64,000 bases of DNA, taken from the NCBI GenBank assembly GCA_000165345.1, contig CM000430.1, positions 832,001 through 896,000 on the forward strand, in the 5' to 3' direction. The translations under genes were made by a program, and so were the position numbers. The notes under the pieces were generated by a model that was not told where the DNA came from, did no database searches, and worked only from the letters and a program-made list of their open reading frames with translations. Shown piece after piece: positions 11,433 to 28,097 of this stretch (the first letter of the stretch is position 1; each line of letters starts with the position of its first letter).

Positions 11433-12158
11433 AACATGCAACATCATTATATAAATATATATACGTGCACAGTATATATTATATTTATTATTTCTATAAT
11501 AGGTTAGAAATTATCTTAAAAAAAAAAAAACGTTATATTTTTTCCCTTCCCACTTAATATATATATATATATTTCTTATTTTTTTCTCCTTCAGTCATGA
11601 ACAACATAATTGATATAATAATGAAAAAAGAAAAGTTACACGCATTTCATAAGTATTTTATTAAGAGAATCAGCTTAATAGTCAGCTGTGCGCGCCTAAT
11701 TATTCAATTACATGCAAATTAAAATGCAAATTTTTCTCCCATTATTTTTTTTTTTTCATGCAATGAATTTACTGATGTCTGTTTTCATTTTAAAAACAAC
11801 AAAATAATTATTTTATTTCCCGCTCATCTCGAATAATTTATTAGGCGGGCTATTTGCGAATTTTAATAGTAACAATAGAAGTAGGGCTCGAAGATGATTA
11901 TCGAGTCCAAATATAAATAATGAAATGATATTTAAATGGTTAGGTTTTTAGTAATGATATTAATAGAAATAATAAAATCTCTCCATCAAAAAATTGCAAA
12001 TTAGTGTTAAATTTATGTTTGATTTTTTCATACATTAAAAAAAAAGAAATAGTAAATTTTTATTATTTTAAAAATCGTTGAAGTTAAAAAAAAAAAAAAA
12101 ATTAGAAAGAAATTGTAAATAAATATTTATTTAAAGAAGATAATAGTAAGGAAGAAAA

Positions 12159-14078
12159 ATGGCTAATAGATTTCTTATTTTGAATATCATCTTATTGTTA
12201 ACCGGGGTATTATCACAAGATTCATTAAGGTAGTGTTTAAATTATTATAAAAACCATTTATGTATCATTTGATTACAAAATGGTTTAAAATTCTTTTTTT
12301 TTCTTTTTTAACTGGGGTTTATCTTTTAATATCTTATTTGAATTTAAATAAATTCTAGATCATCAAATGAATCTTTACAATTACTTGACGAGGCTATTAA
12401 CACAAATGATACATTCTTTGATACAAATAATGATACATCATTACATCAAAGTAAGTTTTCCTTAGTTTATTATTAATTAATTGAATAATTAACAAAAAAA
12501 ATTAAAGATTTCACCTTAGATAAAGTAAAAATTAAAAATAAAATAAATAGCGATAATGAAAATAAGAACAAAACCAGCATTAAAACCAAAATTGAAGAAG
12601 AATCTGATGAATCTTTGACAAATTTGGAGTATAATTCCGAAAATAATAATACCAATTTTATAATGCCTTTCCAAAATAATATTTTAAAACTAATTGATCA
12701 TCTTAGCATTAATATTGGAAAGATCAGTTTTGAAGGACTTAAGAATGTTATTAAAGGAAAATACGTTATTAATCCAATTATTAGCACAGAAAAAGAAACA
12801 ACTTTGGTAGATCAGAATACTGTGAGCGATGGTTTTGAAGGGGATTCATCAACTTCTTCTAATGGTACTGCTGAGCCAAAACCAGAATTATCTAAATATC
12901 CTGATGTTACTGTATTACCAACAGAAGTCTTCATTCCAGAAAATACCAAATCTTTTGAACCTGCTCATGCAAGAGGAGCTCTTGGTGTTATGCCATTGCC
13001 AATGCAACTACCACCACAACCACCAGCATCTCATTCTGAAGACAATTCACAAATTTCAACAATTATTATCAATGAATCAAACAACCATGGTGAACATATT
13101 CCCGAGACTGAAACAGCTTCAGAACAAGGTTTTGGTGGAAGGGATGATACATATGGACCAAATAATAAATATCATCATCATCATCATCATCATCATCCTT
13201 CTTATAATCATCATCATAAACATCATCACCAACACCGTCCACACCATCCACCATTTAATGGAGACAATTCCAGTTCATCATCGACATCAACTTCTTCTAC
13301 CTCTACTTCAACTTCAACTTCAACAACATCAACATCAACATCAACAACTACAACTACAACTACTACAACAACTACAACAACTACAACTACAACAAACGAA
13401 GAAGTGAATGCAGTTAAAAATATTGCTCAAAAGAGAAATTTAAGAAGATTAAAGAAAGTAGTTTTAGAAGATGAGGAAGATGAAGATGATGAATATCTAG
13501 ATGAAATTGAACAAGAAAGAGAAGACTCTAAAGAGGGTAATCAAGTAACTGAAGTTGGATTACAAATAACAATGCCTATAATAACTTTAATTGCTTCAGA
13601 AACTAAATATTGCGGAAATGGAGTTGAATATTTGAACGAATTATCTCTTAAATTTAGAGAAACAATTGGAAAATTATTTGATTTATCTTATGAAGAAGTA
13701 TTTATTGTTAAAATGACTTCTACAAATAAATCATTTGTAAATTGCAATGACAAGAATGCAGTACAAAAGGACAAATCTGGAGTTAAATTCACCTTTGTGT
13801 AAGTTTGTTTGATATATTTAATAACATTTCTAACATCAAATTTGTAGGATTGGAACAAAAATGGAAGGCTCACACATATTTAAAGTTTTGGAATTAGCAA
13901 TCAAGGATAAAGAATCTTTCCTTGTAAAAGAATTTGGAAAGGTAAGTTTTGTTCATAAAGAAGAATTTAAAGAAAATAATTCTTCTTATTTAAAATGATT
14001 AATTTTATTATTTTTACTAAATTATACTGAAAATTTCAATAGATTGGCTTCATTCAAATCTCTAAAAATATCGCATAA
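12159..14078 (+). CDS. secreted mucin-like glycoprotein with poly-His and poly-Thr/Ser tracts, 5 exons (12159..12229, 12359..12450, 12508..13798, 13848..13941, 14043..14078)
   Basis: Exon 1 encodes the signal peptide MANRFLILNIILLLTGVLSQ. All four introns have GTAAGT/GTAGTG donors and T-rich..AG acceptors, and the phases are consistent (2/1, 1/2, 2/1, 0/0). The large exon encodes HHHHHHHH..HHHKHHHQHRPHH, a (S/T)n block and about 20 consecutive Thr. Confidence 0.55.
13186..13405 (+). repeat. CAT (poly-His) then TCA/ACT/ACA (poly-Ser/Thr) trinucleotide repeats
   Basis: Visible in the sequence, inside the mucin-like exon 3. Confidence 0.85.
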
Positions 14079-14799
14079 TTTGGTTTCATCATACGCATTA
14101 ACATAACTAATATGATGACCCCTTCCCACAAGAAATTCCCGCCTAAACGAGATGTCAATAACTACATATTTTTTTTTCTAATTTTATCGAGAAGAAATTG
14201 ATTTTTTTAAAAAATTGTTTTCATTCTCAATAAATTGAAAGTTTTTTGACGTAAATTTGTGTCCAAATAACTCAATTATTTTAGAAATGGCTTTTTAAAT
14301 AAAATATTGTGGGTTAATGTTGATTTGTTTGTTTATGTTTTCTTTTTTAATTAATTACTGTATTCCAAATTCGTGATGCTACTATTACATGCATTTTTAA
14401 TAGGAATAGTTGTTAAAGAGTATTATTAAAGCCCGCCCCACATATAGAAACATGCATGTATTTAAAGCGCCAAATATGAAGGAATATTTAAAAAAAAAAA
14501 AATAAATGCGAGTGCATAAATATAGTAAAAATGGTAATTTGAACAATAAAATGAAATAAGAAGCAATATATATAAGTATTAGCCAAATATTTAATTGTAG
14601 ATCTTCAATTATTAAGAGTTGAATTAATTTAGTTATAATGGGAGTGTAAGGTAAAGAATAAGAGAAAAAAGAAAATAAACAAAAGTAAAATAAAATAATT
14701 ATATTAAAAATAAATTAAATAATAAAAAAAAAAATACTGAAATAGCATAATTTATAAAATTATATTAAATCTCAACATCCATAATTCTTATTGATCCTC

Positions 14800-15114
14800 T
14801 CAAGAGTGTTGATTATTACTTTCATTGTTATGATGAGCATGAGAGTTATTTGTTACAAAATTGGAATATTCATGAAATGAAATAGTTCCAGAGTTATCAA
14901 CATCAATTTCCCAGAAAAATTGATGTAGCTCTTGTAAAGTTACAGAAGTTCTTATAATTCGAATTTCTTGAGCATCTATATACCCATCACGGTTTAAATC
15001 AAATTCTGAAAACTCTTTTTCAGTTTGAGAAAGTTCCGACTTGACACCATCAATTACTTGATTTATTACCAACAATATTGCAAAAAACAAATATGTCAAA
15101 AATCCTTTCGTCAT
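14800..15114 (-). CDS. secreted/membrane-anchored EF-hand calcium-binding protein (about 104 aa)
   Basis: Two canonical EF-hand loops, DLNRDGYIDAQE and DVDNSGTISFHE. The ORF-track start at 15168 is a TTG. The first ATG at 15114 begins the signal peptide MTKGFLTYLFFAILLVINQV. A promoter with palindromic TTTGGCGCCAAA lies at 15354. Confidence 0.6.
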   Translation of the reverse strand: MTKGFLTYLFFAILLVINQVIDGVKSELSQTEKEFSEFDLNRDGYIDAQEIRIIRTSVTLQELHQFFWEIDVDNSGTISFHEYSNFVTNNSHAHHNNESNNQHS

Positions 15115-15353
15115 TTTACTTGAATCTTTTTGCAATAAAATAACACCTTGAAGAATGCTTTTACTCAAATTTCATATGAAAGCAAAATCTTGGAAATAAA
15201 CACGTACATATATAAGTGTATATACTTATATTTAAATATACATATATATGCCCAGATATTTTAAAATATATTTTTATAAATATATTTTCTTAATTTATTT
15301 TTTCTGTCAATATCCTTCACTCACAAATTTGCCCCTTATTCTATATTGTCAAT

Positions 15354-15365
15354 TTGGCGCCAAAT
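15354..15365. promoter_or_regulatory. palindromic E2F-like TTTGGCGCCAAA site
   Basis: Upstream of the EF-hand gene at 15114. Confidence 0.5.
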
Positions 15366-15391
15366 TAGCGCAATGCTACCGCCTATATTAA

Positions 15392-16501
15392 TTAATTATT
15401 ACCATTTTTGTTGGCTAGTTTATATATAATTGATTTAAATAACATTTGATTTCTTCCAGAATTTCCCGTTTGTTTTTCAAAATTTTCGATAATTTTTGAA
15501 ACTCGATTCCAGTCTATATCTTCAAGAGAGGATTGGAGGTTGTTGTTGACTTTAATTTTGTTAGATTCCACACAAGTCTCACTGTTGTTTTTATCTAAAC
15601 TATTATTATTTGTTTCTTCTTTTGATTCGCATAATGGATTATGGTCTGATATATTTGTCTCGGATTTTTTCCTCTCAGATTTTCCTGGAGGGACTAATTC
15701 ATTTTCTTTATCACAACTTAATTCGTTCAAATTTTTATTATTTTGAATGTAAGGATTTGCATTCTCATAGTTATTAAGTGGTGGATTTTCAAATTGAAGT
15801 TCCTTATTACCAGGAGTTTCATTCTCGATATTAAAGTTTCCTTTATTGATTTGTTTTTCTTCTTGGATTCCAAATAAATTTTCAGAAATGCTATTTTTCT
15901 TTGTTTCAATAATTTGTTCAGGATCTTTTTCCTCCCTATAATAAGCTTCTTCTTTCTGGAGCAAAATATCCTCCTCACCTTGAACTAATCCTATCTTTTT
16001 TTCTTCTTCTTCTTCATATCTTTCATCTTCTCCATTATTTGTTTTTCTATTTGATCTAGATAAAGAAAATATATCTTCATTACTTTCAAATTTGTTATCC
16101 ATTTCAAAATCATCATTAAATTCATTTCCATTCAAATTATTATTAAACTCATGAAAATCAATTCCTCCTACCATGGCAAAAGCATTACTAATTCTTTTCT
16201 GATTTGATTTCATAATATCAACTTTGTCTCCTATTTCATCTTCTCTTTTTCTTTCTATTCCAAAAATTACTTCATCCTCCCTGTTTTCGTCTTCAAAAGG
16301 ATTCCTTTCCTTATTATAACTGCTATTAAATAATGATTCACTATTACTTATTCTTTTTTCATCAACTGAAAATATATCTTCTTCTTCATTTACTTTCTCA
16401 GTTTCATCATCTCCACCCAGTAAATCATCAAAAATATTCGGTCTTTTATTTATTTCCATTCTATTCATATTACTAATAATATCATCATCAAAATACTCCA
16501 T
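15392..16501 (-). CDS. acidic low-complexity hypothetical protein (369 aa)
   Basis: Long ATG ORF rich in E/D/N/K. No recognisable domain. Confidence 0.5.
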   Translation of the reverse strand: MEYFDDDIISNMNRMEINKRPNIFDDLLGGDDETEKVNEEEDIFSVDEKRISNSESLFNSSYNKERNPFEDENREDEVIFGIERKREDEIGDKVDIMKSNQKRISNAFAMVGGIDFHEFNNNLNGNEFNDDFEMDNKFESNEDIFSLSRSNRKTNNGEDERYEEEEEKKIGLVQGEEDILLQKEEAYYREEKDPEQIIETKKNSISENLFGIQEEKQINKGNFNIENETPGNKELQFENPPLNNYENANPYIQNNKNLNELSCDKENELVPPGKSERKKSETNISDHNPLCESKEETNNNSLDKNNSETCVESNKIKVNNNLQSSLEDIDWNRVSKIIENFEKQTGNSGRNQMLFKSIIYKLANKNGNN

Positions 16502-17264
16502 TTTTCAAATCACTTATATTAACGTTAAATTCTTCACTTCTTGATTTAACCTTCTCTAAATCTTCTTCTATCACCCTGAAATCCACTTTTCTATTGATTT
16601 CTCCTTATTCCCTTTTAATTAGTATTTTTATTTTACACCAAATTTCACTTTTGCATATAAATTAATAATTATTGGATCTTCTTTAAACAATTTTAGCTAT
16701 TAACAAAAGCCCGCCTAATGGTAACTTAAATTGCATGTACTATTGGTAGCAACAATATAATAATAATTACATTAATATTAATATTAGCAAAAATTGATCA
16801 GTATCTCACTAGTACTTTGAAAAACTAAATTCTTAGTTAAGTTTATGAAACTTTAGAATTTATCACTGAATTAAAGTAAAAATTGTTTTCATTGCCACTT
16901 TTTTTCTGAATATATATTTGTTTATTAATAATAAAAAAAAATTACAGCCTATTTAACATGCATGCAGATTTGAATTAAAAATAAAATAGTTGCCAAATTT
17001 TAATAATACTAAAATTCGAGATTGAAATGCTGTATATTTTAATTTGTGTTACATAAATATATATATTTCAATGATAAATATATATAATTTCATCTTGATT
17101 TTAAGCTAGCCAAATTTCAATGCAATTTTCAGGGTAATAATGCATTATCTCTGTATGCTAGATAACAAAGTTAAATCCCTAATGGAATTAATTGTCTAAT
17201 TAATACTAAATAGTAATAGTTGTATTATTATCAAAGACAAAATTCAGTTTTTATTAAAGCAAAT

Positions 17265-19148
17265 ATGAGTAAAAGTTCTTCTAAAGAACTTAAAGTAGTA
17301 CACTCCAAAGAAAAGCTAAATAATAAGTTATTTCATGAGTTTAATTCCCATACAATTTCTACAAATGATTCGAGAGATAATGAAGATTCTTTATTAGCAA
17401 TTTCATCTATTAATGCAATACCTACATCACTTAAAATATCAAAAAAACATACAACTTCAAAAATAAATAATCAAATTGTCAATAACTCTTATAACTCAGT
17501 TATAGGAGAAGAAAATGAAGAAAAAGAATACTCTTATAATAAATTTAAGAGTCAAGAGTTAGATCATCAAGAAATCAAAAAGAGTAATACAGGACAAAAA
17601 AAAAAGAAATGGCATCAAAAATTCAAACTTTCTTTTTTACTTTTTAGTTATAACAAGAATATTGAAAAAAATAAAGTTAAGTCTATTAAAGACAATTCAA
17701 ATATAAATAAAATGGAACAAAACAAAGAAAATATGAATAGTTATAACCATAAGCATAGTTGGACTTTACCACTTAAAGATTTTACTTCAAGTACGAAAAA
17801 AGAAAATTTTGAATCAAATAACTCCAATTTGAGTATTGGAAACAATCATATTGCTTTTTCTACTCAAACTTGTTCATCTTCATTACCTAAATCTTTGAAC
17901 TCACATATATCTTACATTCCCACAACCAAATCTCCTACATCATTTACAAATACTTCTTATATATCATCTTCACCATCGTCATCATCATCTTCATCCTCCT
18001 CATCATCATCTTCTTCTTCCTCAGCTTCATTTTTAACACCATCATCATCAACTCAGTTATTTTCACCAAAAATGTCTTTAATATCGTCTTATATTACTCA
18101 AGAAGAAGAAGTATTAGAAGCAGGAATTTACGATAAAGATAATTTAGGTAGGAATGGTTTTAGTTTAAGAAGTATTACTGGCGATAGGGAAAGTATTATA
18201 TATGATGAAGACTATGAGTCTTATTTAGAAAGTACAATTAAAGAACCATTTTTGGAACCACAAAGAAGAGAATATATTGGAAGGAAGACTCTAGTTTTGG
18301 ATCTAGATGAAACTTTAATTCATAGCTCATTCCAGCCAATCAGAAATGCTTCTTTTACTATCAATATTGAGATTGATGGAGATTATTACGATGTATACGT
18401 ATTAAAAAGGCCAGGAGTTGATAAATTTTTGAATATTGTTTCAGCAATATTTGAGGTTGTTATTTTTACTGCTAGCTTATCAAAATATGCTAATCCACTT
18501 TTGGATAGACTTGACCCAATGAATAAATGCCCTTATCGTCTATTTAGAGAGAATTGTACTGTAGAGGGAAATTCCTATATCAAAGATTTATCTAAGCTTG
18601 GAAGACCTCTTAAAGATATAATAATTATTGATAACTCACCTATATCATATATTCTTCAACCTGAAAATGCTATCCCAATTTCATCATGGTAAGATTTTAA
18701 TTTTCACCTTAATTAATTAACTTAAGCTTGAAATCTTTAGGTTTAGTGACGAAAGTGACACTCAGTTGATTGACCTTATTCCTCTTCTTGAAGTAAGTTT
18801 ACTATCGATTCTAATAATAATATGAAAAAAAGTGTGAGAGTAGTATATATAATTTGTAACTCATTAAAACACTATTCAATAGATACAGCAATATATATAT
18901 GTTGTATTTATAGTCTTTTGCATTATATTAGAATCATCATTAATATATATATAATTCTAAATTACTCATTAAAGATGATTGCTCAAGGACATCCAACCTT
19001 ATCTACTTCATTTGGAAGTATAAGTGATTATTATATATCTGATAATAGTAATAATAAAGAGCAGACAGAACTTATTGAATTTAGCAGTTCTTCTACAATC
19101 TATGTTGAATCATCATTTTATCATCCAAAAGAACTCTACTATTATTGA
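17265..19148 (+). CDS. NIF/FCP1-homology CTD small phosphatase-like protein (HAD family), 3 exons (17265..18688, 18741..18792, 18975..19148)
   Basis: Carries the catalytic [10 protein letters not shown] (DxDxT) motif and the downstream NIF-domain blocks ([37 protein letters not shown]). Exon 2 encodes the conserved tail [18 protein letters not shown]. The first ATG is at 17265 (track start 17220 is TTG). The N-terminus is Ser-rich. The third exon is a frame-compatible proposal only. Confidence 0.65.
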
Positions 19149-19220
19149 CTTTACTCAATAAAATCTACATTAATTTAATATAATATAATTGATTTACAAT
19201 GGGTTCTACTAGTTTCCTCA

Positions 19221-21605
19221 CTATTTTATAAAGTTCTTTATTAAATTACTAACTGCAATAATTTTATATGCTACATTCATATACTTATTTAGTTGTATTT
19301 TACAATATTTACATGATTCCTTTGTTTTTTGTATTTCAATACTTTCCTCATCGTCTAAATCTGATGTATCCTTATTCCATTCTTTTACCAATTTATTAAA
19401 TATCTAAAAGTTTAATTAAAATAAAAATTAATCAAATATTTGTAAATGTTTAATAATTATTGTTTCTTTCCAAGTGTAATTCTAGGCTTGCACAAAATTG
19501 ACAAAAAGCCACTTTTGGCGCCAATGTTATATAAATATATATATAAAATTGCACAAATGCATGCAAACCTGAATTAATGAAAAACTTACCCCAGAAAAGT
19601 CTTCAGGATCTTTCGACTCTTTAATCACCTTTTTCATTCTAAGATAGCAGTAAATACTAATTTCATCAGGAATACCCTGTAAATATAAATTTTGTTAGTT
19701 ATTGTTAATGAAAAAAAAATTGTGGCTTCCCGCCAAAAAATGCAATTTACATGCAATATAGAATAAAGAGGGAAAACCAATAGAATAGTGGGGTAGATAT
19801 TATAAATATAAACTTACGCTTGGGAATGCGTTGTTAATTGAAAATTCACTTGTAGCAGATTCTACAATTGCTTCAAACATATCATCTTCTTCATTTCCTG
19901 TATAATCATTTTCTTCAGCACCATGAAAATGGTCACTATTTGCACATTTTGCAAAATCTGATGATAATTCAGAGCTATCTCTTTTGCGTTTCCCGCCTGT
20001 TCCTGTTGTAGAACCACCAAAAGAATTTTGTTGACCTCTAATTATTTGACCTGTCAATTTTGAATAAAGAGTGTATAGTTTCTCAATAATTAAGTCTGTA
20101 TTGATTTTAGAGGGTAAACTATTATTAGGATTTGATTGTTCTGAATATTCTAGTAGTTTAAAATCTATTTCATTAATTCTTTGTATAATTGCAAGAATAT
20201 AGTGAATATAATTTAGTTTAGGAATTTCATCTTGGCTTTTTGAGAAAGTATCAATAATCTGATTAAAATCAACTTTTTGAATGTTGAAATCTTCATTTGT
20301 ACAACCAAAAATCGATTCTTTGTGATTATTAACTTCATTAATAAGATCCTGACAGTTTTGTAATAAATTATTAGAATCTTGCATTGGAATTTTTGAGTTT
20401 TCAAGATTAACATTAGAATTCTGTAAAAAAGATATTCTAAGTGCATTTTCAACTAACGAGGAAATAATATCATTCAAAATAAAGCTGAAAAGTTGAAGGG
20501 AATTAGATGGTATTTGAGAAACTTTAGTTTCTTTAAGCCCATTATTATATGTAGTATTCCAAGTAATTGAGAGCCATTCCTGCAGAGTGTTTATAGAAGG
20601 TCTAAAATTCTTTTCTCTTAACATTGCAAATTCTTTATAAATCTCTGCTGACATATTTTTGGTTCTTATATCTCTTAGTTTAAGTCGATCTTCAAACCTT
20701 TTATCAATATTAATCATCATATTTGAGGGTAAATTATTATTATTATTAAAGTCAACACCATCATTTTCATCTAAATCATTTATTGCATCATCTTCTTTAA
20801 CTACTGAAGAAATACCTGTAATATCAGGATCTGTACCTTGAATCATACCATTTTCAGTATTTGAATTCATTCCTACATGTCTATGTGCTGATTTATTAAT
20901 TAATGTGTCATAATCAAATTTGCTTACTTCTTGTTTGTAGTATTCACTAAAATGTTTCTTTATCATACTATTTGTAAGTTTATTTGAAACTTTTTTTTTC
21001 TTTGAGTTGTTAATTAGGGAATTCCAAAATAGTGATATCCAAATATTTAAATAGGATTGTACTAACCTTACACTTTTTTCTTGACAATCTTTATTCTTTA
21101 AAAAAGGTCTGATATCACCTGCAATATACATTGTTCTAGATATTACAGAGTTTATCGGAGAAAATGTAGATACCATTAATTCTTGAAATATCTTATTTGA
21201 GTATAAGGATTGTGATGACAAACAAATTTCATCTTGATTTCCTTTTTCTGATTTTATAGTTGTTTCCTTATTTGCTTCTATTTCTAAAGGAATACATCTT
21301 GGATGAACAATTGAGGTTTCATTTTGGTTTTGACCCTTTATTGGAGAAGACGAAGAAATTTGCGAATCATCATTAACAATTTCAGTTTTTGATTTGTTAG
21401 GAGTGTTTTCTTTTGGATCTTCACTAACAGAATTGTTATTTTGAGTTGAGTTAGCTTTTTTATTTGATAGAATTGCAATCAGTTCTGACTTAATTCCAGT
21501 CGGAAGCTCACTAATAATTTTTGGCCAGGAGCTTTTTGGACATTTCAATAATTCCTCATGAATTTGAGAACTATTTAAGCCTTGAAACTTTGATAAATCT
21601 GCCAT
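19221..21605 (-). CDS. hypothetical protein, 3 exons (21605..19818, 19676..19590, 19403..19221), 690 aa
   Basis: The 601-aa ORF ends at a stop created by a GTAAGT donor. Two downstream exons are open in frame, bounded by GTAAGT..ACAG and GTAAGT..TTTTAG, and all junctions are phase 0. Both putative introns carry promoter-type motifs. Confidence 0.45.
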
Positions 21606-22252
21606 TTATTATTAAATGTTTTTAACTATCTAACTAAAACATTCCAATCAGAATTCAATTAATATATCAAAACATATTCAATAATTAGATTCCTTCCAAT
21701 TCTTTTCATATAAACGAAAATAAACAATGTGAAGTAATGATATGAATACTTTCTGCTTTATCTAAAAATTCTTTCTTTTTACTTTTTATTTTTTTTTAAA
21801 TATTATTAAACTTTTCTGTATATTATTTATTTCTAATATTAGTAAACTTTGTTTAATTGTTTTGGTCAGATATTACTTTTTAACCAGTAAAAATAAATAA
21901 AAAAAATAATTATTCCAATCTTTTCAATAATAATTAACGTCGAATTATTGCAAATAGATATATAAATTTCAAATGATTAATGTTAAAGTCTAAAACTTAA
22001 TATTATTATTGATTAAAAAAAAAAAAATTTTATATAAATTTATTTATATATAATTATAATAAATTTATATATTAAATATTGTTTCCTATACCGGTGTTTT
22101 ATGTACGCCACGTAATTGATTTTTTTTTTTAATTAATAAATATTCACACGTGTACAAATAATATATTTATTTAAAAAAAGCCCAGATATTTTTATTGTTA
22201 GAAATGAAGCTTTTTATTGTTAATGAAATAGATATATGATGTATTATTATAA

Positions 22253-23332
<1,080 letters not shown>

Positions 23333-23663
23333 TTATATTATATTTATATTAACAATATGAAATATATATTTATACATTTAAAAATATTATCACAGCAACA
23401 TATTTTTTTTTTTAAGGTTTACTTACGTGTATAAAATTACACATGCAAATTAGTAATTTGCATGTAATTTAAACTACATTTATTAATTTCAACAAATTTT
23501 GCTCAATAATTAAAAACAAAGAAAAGGTATTTCAAACATTTAAGATTAGAATTTCTCTATTTTATATATTTGTTTCTTTTGTATATAGTTTTACTTTCTC
23601 CACTAAATTCTTTTTTTTTTTTTTTTTTTTTTTATCCAAAAGTTATTTATGAATAATATTGCC

Positions 23664-23678
23664 ACGTGCGCACACGTG
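23664..23678. promoter_or_regulatory. tandem CACGTG palindromes (CACGTGCGCACACGTG)
   Basis: About 390 bp upstream of the 24064 ATG. Single CACGTG sites also lie at 22147 and 30066 in other promoters. Confidence 0.4.
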
Positions 23679-24063
23679 TATTTTCCCCACACTATAAAAA
23701 TATATTTTTTTAAAATTAATATTAAATACCCGGTATGCTATTTAATATTAATTTTTTTACTAAAAATAATAATTGTTTGTTTAATTATTACTATTATTTT
23801 TGACAAAAACAGCTAAAATAAGAACAAGAGGGCGTATTTAAAGAAGAAGTTAGTGAGAGATAAAGGAAAATAAAGATTAATTGGGGTTTCTTGGAACCAA
23901 CCCTTGTTTTAAGCTATCTTCTTCTTTTCTAGTGACATTGTTATTGATTTAAAATATAATTCACTTTGATTTGTTAAAATCAAAGTGCCAAGTATTTAGA
24001 GAGAAGGTCAATCTATCTAAGAAAGTCCTGGAGAAGAAAAAGTAAGATATAAATATAATTAAT

Positions 24064-27633
<3,570 letters not shown>

Positions 27634-28097
27634 TTTGCATGCAACTTTGGCGCCGGTAATTTTCCTCTATTAATTTTAATAATTGCAAATGGCATGTAAA
27701 GAATGAATGGGGAATTGGCGGGAAGTAACATGATTAAATCTAAAAATAGTTTAGGAAAGAAATTGAGTTAAATATTAAGGTAAATTTTTTTTTAATTTTT
27801 CTTTTTTGAATGGAATTCTAATAATAAAATAGTAATATTAATAACAATATTATAATTGTCAAATATTTAAGATCTTTCCAAATCTAAGTGTTTGCTAATA
27901 TTTTTAATAAAATTTTGATTCAAAAAGAAGAGGGTGCAAATTTTAAGAATAAGTTTGACTTAATATTTGGAAATTCCCAAAAAAAAAAAAAAGATTCCTG
28001 TAAGCTTAAGACGAGTAGTAGAAAAGCAAATATTGAATAAATTAGTTTTAGTTAAAGAGTAAATACATAGTTTATAAAAAGCATAAAAGAGGAGGGG

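Noticed and set aside
12829-13407. 192-aa ORF overlapping the mucin exon in another frame
   Set aside because: It is low-complexity (I/L/Q runs) and frame-shifted relative to the CAT and ACT repeats. The other frame has the signal peptide, consistent intron phases and His/Thr tracts.
14100-14800. Possible unannotated gene in the tail-to-tail region carrying TTCCCGCC and GCCCGCCCCACATATAGAAACATGCATG motifs
   Set aside because: No open frame above 40 codons and no plausible exon chain on either strand. It is retained only as a note that E2F-like motifs occur outside 5' regions.
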